Below, piece by piece: positions 37,444-44,565 of a DNA stretch of 61,938 bases; the first letter of the stretch is position 1, and every line of letters starts with the position of its first letter. The translations under genes were made by a program, and so were the position numbers. The stretch lies in IMG/VR virus record IMGVR_UViG_3300044806_000236, positions 1-61,938 of that record. One strand, written 5' to 3'. This DNA comes from a virus (lineage: Duplodnaviria > Caudoviricetes). The notes below the pieces were generated by a model. It was not told the origin of the DNA. It did no database searches and saw only the letters and a program-made list of their open reading frames with translations.

Positions 37444-37662
37444 ATGACCACAAAAGCAAAGAAGACACCGCTTATCAAGGACTACAGGAAGTTGCGCTCG
37501 AAGATGAACCTGAACCAGTCCGAATTCTGGAACCGCGTCGGCGCCACGCAATCGGCAGGCTCGCGCTACGAAACTGGCCGCACCGTGCCGAAGTCCGTCG
37601 CCGTTCTCGCGCACCAGGCATACATCAAGGGCGATCCGGTCGACGTGCGGGAGTTCAAGTAA
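37444..37662 (+). CDS. XRE-family HTH regulator
   Basis: LNQSEFWNRVGATQSAGSRYETGR; AAGGAG RBS. Confidence 0.85.
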   Translation: MTTKAKKTPLIKDYRKLRSKMNLNQSEFWNRVGATQSAGSRYETGRTVPKSVAVLAHQAYIKGDPVDVREFK

Positions 37663-37805
37663 TGAAAATGCACAGCTACACGAAGCGCGGCCCAGGCCGC
37701 CAGGTTCGCAAGAACCACGAATCAAAACGCGAATCCGAAGACCCGACGTTTGGCAACAAGATGCTGAAGAAGGCAGTCTACGGAAAACTCACCAAGCGCC
37801 ACTAA
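37662..37805 (+). CDS. Small basic protein
   Basis: TAATG coupling; MKMHSYTKRGPGR... Confidence 0.5.
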   Translation: MKMHSYTKRGPGRQVRKNHESKRESEDPTFGNKMLKKAVYGKLTKRH

Positions 37806-37820
37806 CCAACTGGAACAATC

Positions 37821-38252
37821 ATGCAAGTAAAGGTACTGAAAATTCACCCCGAGGCAACCGTCCCACAATACGCCACGGCCGGCGCTTCCGGGCTCGACCT
37901 TCACGCCAGAATCCCGCACGAAATCTATTTGCAGCCAGGCGTTCGCTATTCATGCCCTACCGGCATCGGTATCGAGTTGCCGGCCGGCTTCGAGGCGCAA
38001 GTCAGGCCGCGATCTGGCATGGCGAAGAAGAACGGCGTCACGGTATTGAATGCCCCTGGCACAGTTGACGCTGATTATCGAGGTGAAATCCTGGCGATCC
38101 TTATCAATCACAGCGACACCGCTTTCAAGATCGAGCCGAACCAGCGCATTGCGCAACTGGTTATCGCGCCGGTAATGCGGGTCGAGTTGGTTGATTCTGT
38201 CTCGCTTTCTGATACCGAGCGCGGCGAAGGCGGGTTTGGAAGTACCGGCTAG
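37821..38252 (+). CDS. dut: Trimeric dUTPase
   Basis: GLDL, RPRSG, GTVDADYRGE, RIAQLV and RGEGGFGSTG. Confidence 0.97.
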   Translation: MQVKVLKIHPEATVPQYATAGASGLDLHARIPHEIYLQPGVRYSCPTGIGIELPAGFEAQVRPRSGMAKKNGVTVLNAPGTVDADYRGEILAILINHSDTAFKIEPNQRIAQLVIAPVMRVELVDSVSLSDTERGEGGFGSTG

Positions 38253-38304
38253 CAATTTATGAAACGCTGAGTAATCAGACTCAAAACCAAAAGGAAACAG
38301 CATC

Positions 38305-38739
38305 ATGGCATCAGTCAACAAGGCAATCATCGTCGGCAATCTCGGCAAGGATCCGGAAGTTCGCTACACCGCATCCGGAGAAGCAATCGCCAATATCACC
38401 GTCGCCACTAGCGACACCTGGAAGGACAAGGAAACCGGCGAGAAGAAGGAGGCGACGGAATGGCACCGCATTTCGTTCTTCGGCAAACTGGCGGAAATTG
38501 CCGGCGAGTATCTGAAGAAGGGATCATCGGTCTATATCGAAGGATCTATCCGCACCCGCAAATGGACAGACAAGGAAAACATCGAGCGCTACACCACCGA
38601 GATTCGCGGCGACCAAATGAAGATGCTCGGCAGTCGGCCGGCTGAATCCGACCGCAGCCCGCCGGAAGACAAGCGGGCGCCAGCCAGTGACAAGCCGAAG
38701 CCGTCTTTCGATGACCTGGGCGACGAAATTCCCTTCTGA
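38305..38739 (+). CDS. ssb: Single-stranded DNA-binding protein
   Basis: [18 protein letters not shown]...TEWHR; C-terminal DEIPF. Confidence 0.97.
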   Translation: MASVNKAIIVGNLGKDPEVRYTASGEAIANITVATSDTWKDKETGEKKEATEWHRISFFGKLAEIAGEYLKKGSSVYIEGSIRTRKWTDKENIERYTTEIRGDQMKMLGSRPAESDRSPPEDKRAPASDKPKPSFDDLGDEIPF

Positions 38740-38747
38740 TATTACTT

Positions 38748-39092
38748 ATGAACCTATCAACTATGCTTATGGCTACAGTCACGCCATTGTCTGATTACAC
38801 ACCAGAGCGCGCGCCGAAGAAGAAGCGCAAGCCTGGTGGTGCTGTCGGGCCAAACAATGAGCAACTGCACATGCTAACCATTTCAAAGTATCGGGCGATC
38901 TGGAAACAAGGCGAGGTTTGGCTATCCACGCGCGAGATTGAAAAGCGCCTTCGCGTTGGTCGCTGTACGGTCACTTGCACGCTGCAAAAGTGGGCAGACA
39001 AATACAGCATTGTCGAGCGCCGCCATGCGTTCGGATCATTCTCAAAGCGGCATGGCTATGAATGGGCCTGGAGCGATAGAAAGCAAAAATGA
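38748..39092 (+). CDS. HTH-like protein, paralog 1
   Basis: MNLSTML...WLSTREIEKRL...YEWAW. Confidence 0.65.
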   Translation: MNLSTMLMATVTPLSDYTPERAPKKKRKPGGAVGPNNEQLHMLTISKYRAIWKQGEVWLSTREIEKRLRVGRCTVTCTLQKWADKYSIVERRHAFGSFSKRHGYEWAWSDRKQK

Positions 39093-39568
39093 CATTTGAC
39101 AAGGCAAGTGATCTTTTTATGTATTTTCCTAATACTGGATTGTTATTTTGGAAAGAACTATCTGGTAGAAGAAAAAATCCAATAAGTAGCCTTAGCAAAG
39201 GATATTTGCATGGAGAACATAAAGGAAAGCGTTTCAAAGTTCATAAAGTTGCATGGTTACTTTTTTACGGAAATATTCCTGACGGCCAAATAGACCATAT
39301 CAACGGAAATCGCTCTGACAACAGAATAAGCAATTTACGATCTGTATCTAACCTAGAAAATCATAGAAACATGAAAAAGTTTTCAACAAATAAATCTGGA
39401 GTTGTTGGCGTATCGTGGTCGAATGAAAGACAAAAATGGATTGCCACAATAACCGTTAAACGAAAAGTAATTCAACTCGGTAGATATTTGTCATTTGATA
39501 ATGCTGTATCTGTAAGGAAAGCCGCAGAGAAGCAATATTGCTTTCATAACAATCATGGGATGCGTTGA
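39089..39568 (+). CDS. HNH-AP2 homing endonuclease
   Basis: HKVAW, IDHINGNRSDNRISNLR, NKSGVVGV and AP2-like WIATI..LGRY; visibly AT-rich. Confidence 0.9.
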   Translation: MTFDKASDLFMYFPNTGLLFWKELSGRRKNPISSLSKGYLHGEHKGKRFKVHKVAWLLFYGNIPDGQIDHINGNRSDNRISNLRSVSNLENHRNMKKFSTNKSGVVGVSWSNERQKWIATITVKRKVIQLGRYLSFDNAVSVRKAAEKQYCFHNNHGMR

Positions 39569-39572
39569 CAGC

Positions 39573-39884
39573 ATGAACTGGCTATCGCAAATGATCCAGA
39601 CGCCCATTGATCTGCGAAAGCAGTATCCAAGCTCATACGAGACAAGGGCGCAGCCTAATGGCTTGGCGGTGATGAAAGAGTACAACGCCGTGCGCGGGAA
39701 GATTGCGCGCGGAATGATCATTGATGCGCTCGGAGACGAACGGCTTTCATCAACTGAGTTATTGACCAAGATCAAAAAGCGGAATGGCGGCGCATTCAAA
39801 AGGATGCTTGAAATCATGGTTGATGAAGGGTCAATCGCTGGCGAGAAGATCGGGCAGCGGTGTTTCTGGTGGCGCGTGAAATGA
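39573..39884 (+). CDS. HTH-like protein, paralog 2
   Basis: MNWLSQM...LSSTEL...FWWRVK. Confidence 0.6.
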   Translation: MNWLSQMIQTPIDLRKQYPSSYETRAQPNGLAVMKEYNAVRGKIARGMIIDALGDERLSSTELLTKIKKRNGGAFKRMLEIMVDEGSIAGEKIGQRCFWWRVK

Positions 39885-40021
39885 CAGCAGACGACTTCCT
39901 CGATACCGATGCACTTGCCGTGCTGACCGGATACCGCAGGCCAGGAAAGCAGGTTGAACACTTGCGCCGGGTTATGCCTCGGCGCCAACAACGGAGATTG
40001 ACAGATGGACCACTTGATTGA
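39881..40021 (+). pseudogene. Truncated DUF4224-like (excisionase-like) gene
   Basis: FLDTDALAVLTGYRRPGKQVEHLRR fits the family N-terminus; the resemblance stops at GTTATGC (39971). Confidence 0.55.
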
Positions 40022-40265
40022 CGACAGCAACAGACTCAAGCCATGCCCGTTCTGCGGCGCAGAAGCGGAAATCATCACGCTCGAAGGAGAGACGGATGAC
40101 CCGAGCATCGGTGCGCAGTGCGTGCAATGCACCAGCAGCGCATGCGGGGCGGCAAGCGGCCTGATTTACCCATTGATGGACGACGTAACAGACCTGCTGC
40201 GCGAGCGCTGGAACAAGAGGCATAACGCAAAAATCATGGGCGGCGAAGCCGTCCCGCTGGATTGA
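40005..40265 (+). CDS. Lar-family restriction alleviation protein (cassette 1)
   Basis: LKPCPFCG...VQC...CGA...WNKR. Confidence 0.8.
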   Translation: MDHLIDDSNRLKPCPFCGAEAEIITLEGETDDPSIGAQCVQCTSSACGAASGLIYPLMDDVTDLLRERWNKRHNAKIMGGEAVPLD

Positions 40266-40275
40266 CGGGTTAGGC
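40220..40275 (+). other. attC-like recombination site (56 bp)
   Basis: R'' GCATAAC, inner stem GGGCGGC-GAA-GCCGTCC, R' GTTAGGC. Confidence 0.7.
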
Positions 40276-40287
40276 ATGGAGGTTGAG

Positions 40288-40527
40288 ATGAGCGAGTACC
40301 TGAGCGAACCGCACGAATTTGTAGAGGACTGCGACTGCCACCAGTGCGCCATAAAGCAACGAGACATGGCGATTTGGATGCTTGCAGAGTGGTGCGCGGC
40401 CATTGATCGGAACGGCGCAGGCTGGGACGACTGGGACGAGTATTACAAGGACGCTGCATTCCGCCCAGGCCCGCTACGGCATAGGCTGGACAAGGCGATT
40501 GCAGAAGTGAATGAACAGAATGCCTAA
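40288..40527 (+). CDS. Hypothetical protein (cassette 2)
   Basis: GGAGG RBS just after R'; the stop TAA lies in the GCCTAAC R'' box. Confidence 0.7.
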   Translation: MSEYLSEPHEFVEDCDCHQCAIKQRDMAIWMLAEWCAAIDRNGAGWDDWDEYYKDAAFRPGPLRHRLDKAIAEVNEQNA

Positions 40528-40560
40528 CGCTGGCGTAACTGGCCTTGCGCCGGGTTATGC
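40522..40560 (+). other. Internally shortened attC-like site (39 bp)
   Basis: GCCTAAC...GTTATGC. Confidence 0.55.
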
Positions 40561-40578
40561 CTCAGGCAGAAAGGACTG

Positions 40579-41223
40579 ATGATGGACGACCCGAATATGC
40601 ACGCCTACGACCACTACCCCGACGACAGCGACCAGGCGCTACCGCTGCCGCCCGAAGGGCACCCGTTGCTCAAGCTTGGTCAGCGCCTGACAGAACTGCT
40701 TGACGAAGACCATTGGGCAGAGTGCGAACGCCTGTTGCTCGAAGGATGGGAACACGACCGTATTGACCGAAAGACCGGTTCAGATTGGCGGAATAACAGT
40801 AGCCTTGAACTTTGGTTCCCATTCTCGGCGGAAGAATTGGCCCGATGGAAGAGATCTGCCGAGGCCAACATCGAAGAAAACGTGCGGCTGCGCGCCGATC
40901 TGGATGAACTGAGGCATAACGCACTAGCTCAGGCGGACGCCGCTGATCTGATCGAATCCCAAGCCGCGCAGATTGCGTTGCTACGGGAGGCGCTAGGCCA
41001 CGCACTGAACGGCCTCCTCTACTACCACCACGCGAAGCTGGTCAAACGTGGCATTGATGTGGCAAACGAGGCATTGAGTGCCACCCCCGACCAAGCCCTT
41101 GAGCAGTTCGCCGAGCGGGTGCGGGATCAATTCGCTCTTGTCATCGAAGCACAGGATGTTGATCCATCGTTCAAACACAGGATGGCGAGTGCTATCCGCA
41201 GCTTGAAGGAGCTACCGAAATGA
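40579..41223 (+). CDS. Cassette-3 ORF fused through a half attC site to a mosaic module
   Basis: Reads through GCATAAC (40914) into ESQAAQIALLREAL...FAERVRDQ. Confidence 0.65.
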   Translation: MMDDPNMHAYDHYPDDSDQALPLPPEGHPLLKLGQRLTELLDEDHWAECERLLLEGWEHDRIDRKTGSDWRNNSSLELWFPFSAEELARWKRSAEANIEENVRLRADLDELRHNALAQADAADLIESQAAQIALLREALGHALNGLLYYHHAKLVKRGIDVANEALSATPDQALEQFAERVRDQFALVIEAQDVDPSFKHRMASAIRSLKELPK

Positions 41224-41432
41224 CCACACGCGAACAGATCATCGCTGCGGCGAACATATTCAATGCTTACAAACAAGCATTCGACTGGTACGCATTCGAT
41301 GAGGAAGAGCTAGAACACTTCTACGCCATCGCCTTCGAGGCGGGTCGTGTCGCCGAACGGGAAGAAACAAATAGACGACCATTACCAGATAACACTGCGC
41401 CTTATATCCGCGCAAGAGGAGATACGAAATGA
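41220..41432 (+). CDS. MTTREQII-family small protein
   Basis: Paralog of the C-terminal part of 28890..29696. Confidence 0.7.
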   Translation: MTTREQIIAAANIFNAYKQAFDWYAFDEEELEHFYAIAFEAGRVAEREETNRRPLPDNTAPYIRARGDTK

Positions 41433-41587
41433 CAGTAGGGCAGCTAATTGAGAAATTATCTAAATTCGATCCCAATACAGAAGTAACTATTTCAGATGGG
41501 TATTACTGTAAGTTTTACAGGGGTAGCTACACCGTTGAAGAATTTGAAGGTGCTGTTGATATTGGTATTGGTGGAACAGAGGAGTGA
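41429..41587 (+). CDS. Small hypothetical protein (AT-rich)
   Basis: MTVGQLIEKLSKFDPNTEV...; GGAG RBS; ATGA coupling. Confidence 0.6.
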   Translation: MTVGQLIEKLSKFDPNTEVTISDGYYCKFYRGSYTVEEFEGAVDIGIGGTEE

Positions 41588-41590
41588 TAA

Positions 41591-41890
41591 ATGACAACTG
41601 AAACAGAATATATCGACCTACCCACCCTGCAAGATGTAGCCAAGGCTCAGTCTGACAATTGGGAGATTCAATACAGCTTAAAAGGGCGTGAGTATTTTGC
41701 GTGGAGTGAATCTGCGTGGGATTCTAGTACATTTTTCCGTGGCCGCCCTCGCCAGCCGAAGATGAAAGAGATCAAGATGGAGTGCTTCTTGGTTGATGGT
41801 AAACTGCAGTGGCGCAGCGAATATATGTCTGTTCTTCAGAGTTGGATTCGCCAGCCCCATCTGGACTTGATTGTGAAGGTGCCAGAATGA
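41591..41890 (+). CDS. Hypothetical protein
   Basis: GAGGAG RBS. Confidence 0.65.
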   Translation: MTTETEYIDLPTLQDVAKAQSDNWEIQYSLKGREYFAWSESAWDSSTFFRGRPRQPKMKEIKMECFLVDGKLQWRSEYMSVLQSWIRQPHLDLIVKVPE

Positions 41891-42192
41891 ACTTCGCTCA
41901 GATGCTCTCGATGGATGTGAAGCCGTTGCCGGCGCATCCACGCGAGAAGAACAACAAGTGGCGCGACCCCACAGTCATGCATGAGGCGCGCCATTCAAAG
42001 GCGGTCGCCAAATACTGCAACGCCATCGGCAGCGAGTGGCGCAAGACGGTTGAGATTGCAGAACGCCTCGGGATGGGGCGCATGTCGATCTTCAAACAGT
42101 TGGTGCGCTACGTCGAACTCGGCATTCTGGAGCGCCGGCCAGTCGGCGGCACCTACAATCATTACAGAGGTTGGGAATGGAGAGTGAAATGA
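41887..42192 (+). CDS. HTH-like protein, paralog 3
   Basis: MNFAQML...WRKTVEIAERLGM...WEWRVK. Confidence 0.7.
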   Translation: MNFAQMLSMDVKPLPAHPREKNNKWRDPTVMHEARHSKAVAKYCNAIGSEWRKTVEIAERLGMGRMSIFKQLVRYVELGILERRPVGGTYNHYRGWEWRVK

Positions 42193-42449
42193 AAGACGAA
42201 GACATCATGTTCGAACAACGCCGTCAGGCAATGATTGATTCTGAGGCGTGGAACAGTGTCCATTCAATCCCGTGGTACCAGAAGGTCGGGACGACCGTCC
42301 CCTTCAGCCGCACGGTTGATCGCGATCCTAACCCGCGTATTCCACTTTCTGTGCCGGAGAACAGTTACCCGAGGATCAGCAAGAAGGAAGCTGTCTTTTG
42401 GGTCTTTGTTGGCGCGATCCTTGTTGCTTGGTGGACGGGGGTGCTGTGA
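42189..42449 (+). CDS. Protein with C-terminal TM helix
   Basis: ATGA coupling; AVFWVFVGAILVAWW. Confidence 0.6.
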   Translation: MKDEDIMFEQRRQAMIDSEAWNSVHSIPWYQKVGTTVPFSRTVDRDPNPRIPLSVPENSYPRISKKEAVFWVFVGAILVAWWTGVL

Positions 42450-42691
42450 TGATTGACCCAAAGATGCACGTCGAAATGTGCGATGCCGAGTTTGCTGCTG
42501 GAAAGGCAAGCCGCGATGCAGAAATCGAATCCCTGCGCCAGCAACTCGCTTCACTGACGATGCAATGTGAAAAGGTCGTCAGATGGAAGCATCTGATGTC
42601 ATATAACGACAGCTATTTCGGAGAGCCAGCCGGAGATTTGAAACGGGTGGTCTATGAGATAGAACGGTCAATGCCAATAAAGGGACAATAA
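42449..42691 (+). CDS. Mosaic accessory protein
   Basis: ASRDAEIESLRQQL box. Confidence 0.65.
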   Translation: MIDPKMHVEMCDAEFAAGKASRDAEIESLRQQLASLTMQCEKVVRWKHLMSYNDSYFGEPAGDLKRVVYEIERSMPIKGQ

Positions 42692-42692
42692 A

Positions 42693-43043
42693 ATGAATGA
42701 ATCGACAGCAAGAAATATCCGCGTACAGGACAGATACGACGAACTCATGCGTATTGGTAGGCACGGGCATTACGAAACAATGTTCCAAGTTGTCAGGGAA
42801 GAAACCGAGTCCCTGCGCCAGCAACTCGCCGCAGCACACAAAGGACTTGATGCCGCTATCGAAAGCAATAACGATCAAATCGGGCAGATTAAGCGCCTTG
42901 AACACGATCTAACCGCAGCACTAGCCGCGATCAAGGTAAAGGACGCATTCCTTCATATGGTAACAACTGAAATCCGTTGGTCTGGTGATCCCATGTACGA
43001 AGCTGCCTGCGAAGCACTCGCCGCCACGGAGCCGAATCCATGA
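42693..43043 (+). CDS. Mosaic accessory protein
   Basis: ESLRQQLAAA, AALAAIKVKD and EALAAT boxes. Confidence 0.65.
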   Translation: MNESTARNIRVQDRYDELMRIGRHGHYETMFQVVREETESLRQQLAAAHKGLDAAIESNNDQIGQIKRLEHDLTAALAAIKVKDAFLHMVTTEIRWSGDPMYEAACEALAATEPNP

Positions 43044-43381
43044 ACCGAAGAAATTTCCTGAAAGCAATTACTGCTTTCGTCGGCGCGGCAGCAGTCCCAG
43101 TCGCGCTTGTCGAGGCTTGCCAGATCGACGCACCGATCCCGAAGGATTGGATTGTCGGACTTCTCGACAGCAACGGTGATGTGTTCGCGCAAACAAAAGT
43201 TGCCGCGCTAGATAGGGGAATTGAGTTCGGGGCCGTAACAAGAACCGGAACGGTGACGCATATTTTCATTGAAGGCGGCGATCTGCCAGGCGTGGTTATC
43301 TCACCGATTACCATGTCGACAGCAACGGTGTGCTCTGGCGACTCGATATTTATCAGCCACATTTCACTGAAACAAGAATGA
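43040..43381 (+). CDS. Protein with twin-arginine (Tat)-like signal
   Basis: MNRRNFLK followed by a hydrophobic region. Confidence 0.6.
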   Translation: MNRRNFLKAITAFVGAAAVPVALVEACQIDAPIPKDWIVGLLDSNGDVFAQTKVAALDRGIEFGAVTRTGTVTHIFIEGGDLPGVVISPITMSTATVCSGDSIFISHISLKQE

Positions 43382-43551
43382 ACTATCCATCCGTAAAACT
43401 AGAGGCCCACCATCTGACGCGCAACAGCTACGTCCTCGGCCTGGTCAATGGCCGCATGATGATCGGCGTATCGTTCGAACGCGGAACATGGAGGCCGGCC
43501 AGGTTGGCAAGATGGGGTGATGACACCTATTTCAAGAAGGCTTACAAATGA
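43378..43551 (+). CDS. Hypothetical protein
   Basis: ATGA coupling. Confidence 0.5.
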   Translation: MNYPSVKLEAHHLTRNSYVLGLVNGRMMIGVSFERGTWRPARLARWGDDTYFKKAYK

Positions 43552-43775
43552 AGCGCGCCAAGCAGCGCAAATTCAGGCCACCGACCCCGATGTATTTCTT
43601 TCCGATTCGGTTCGCTCTCGAAAACTTGATCAGGAATAATTCAGTCGAGTACGACGGCCCGCTTATTTCAGGAGAGATCGGAACGATCGATGGCTTCAGA
43701 ATTATTGAAACCGTGTTGAGATAGCGCGGCCAATATTGTAGAGTTCGTGTCACACAAACAACATAGGGGAAATCG

Positions 43776-43955
43776 ATGAACACAAACTTCAGCCACCAGA
43801 ACAAGCTCGAGGAGGCCAAGCGTTACCTTGGCCGGCACTACGTCTTCAGCGACCAGTACGACCCAGCGGCGCACCGCCACCACAACACGGCAAACAAGCG
43901 CAGCTTTGTGCTCGACAGTTGGGTGAAGAAGATCCGCGAGGAACGCGCAAAGTGA
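43776..43955 (+). CDS. Hypothetical protein (59 aa)
   Basis: AGGGG RBS; MNTNFSHQNKLEEAKRYLG... Confidence 0.55.
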   Translation: MNTNFSHQNKLEEAKRYLGRHYVFSDQYDPAAHRHHNTANKRSFVLDSWVKKIREERAK

Positions 43956-44158
43956 GCAAGGAATTCAACCCGCTCGCCGAGACGCTATACCGGGCGGCCA
44001 CATCAAGCCACGCCAAGACGGCGGGCATCACGCTCAACCGTCGCATCTGCCACAAGTGCAAGAACCCATGCAACAGCACTGACGGAAAGATCGTCAGGGA
44101 AACAAGCAGACACAACCCTTCGAAGTTCTACTGCGTCAATTGCAAGGACAAGATATGA
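43952..44158 (+). CDS. Small zinc-ribbon protein
   Basis: CHKC...CVNC; GTGA and ATGA coupling. Confidence 0.55.
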   Translation: MSKEFNPLAETLYRAATSSHAKTAGITLNRRICHKCKNPCNSTDGKIVRETSRHNPSKFYCVNCKDKI

Positions 44159-44436
44159 GCACACGCGAAAAAATAAATGAATACCTCGAGATGGTCGAGG
44201 TCTCATCCGTATTCCTTGATCCGCCAGAGACATTCGACCAGGCAATCATGGGTATCGCCGAGGGTGCCGGTGACCTGTGTACGATCGCCTACGACCGCGG
44301 CCTGATCATCGACGCGTTCATTGCCCAGGGCATGGATCGCCAAGAGGCTGAGGAGTTCTTCGAGTTCAATACGGTTCGCGCATGCGCATACCTTGAGAAC
44401 CCGCCGATATTTGTTGATACGAGGTACGCCGAGTAG
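44155..44436 (+). CDS. Conserved phage hypothetical protein
   Basis: FDQAIMG...AYD...EAEEFFEFN...PIF. Confidence 0.75.
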   Translation: MSTREKINEYLEMVEVSSVFLDPPETFDQAIMGIAEGAGDLCTIAYDRGLIIDAFIAQGMDRQEAEEFFEFNTVRACAYLENPPIFVDTRYAE

Positions 44437-44454
44437 TCATACTATACTTGGCCG

Positions 44455-44565
44455 ATGCTCGAAAAAATCGTCATCTGGCTAATCGGAATAGGCGCCGCAG
44501 GATGGGTTCTCGGAATCATCCTGAACCTCATTCTGCACGGCGCCATACCTTCACACTGCTGCTAG
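44455..44565 (+). CDS. 36-aa membrane peptide, possibly leaderless
   Basis: TATACT ends 6 nt before the ATG; one TM; stop overlaps the giant gene's stop. Confidence 0.45.
   Translation: MLEKIVIWLIGIGAAGWVLGIILNLILHGAIPSHCC

Larger units (their letters stand above)
39971..40920 (+). mobile_element. Array of three integron-like gene cassettes, no integrase
   Basis: Matched core sites GTTATGC...GCATAAC, GTTAGGC...GCCTAAC and GTTATGC...GCATAAC, each enclosing one ORF. Confidence 0.7.
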
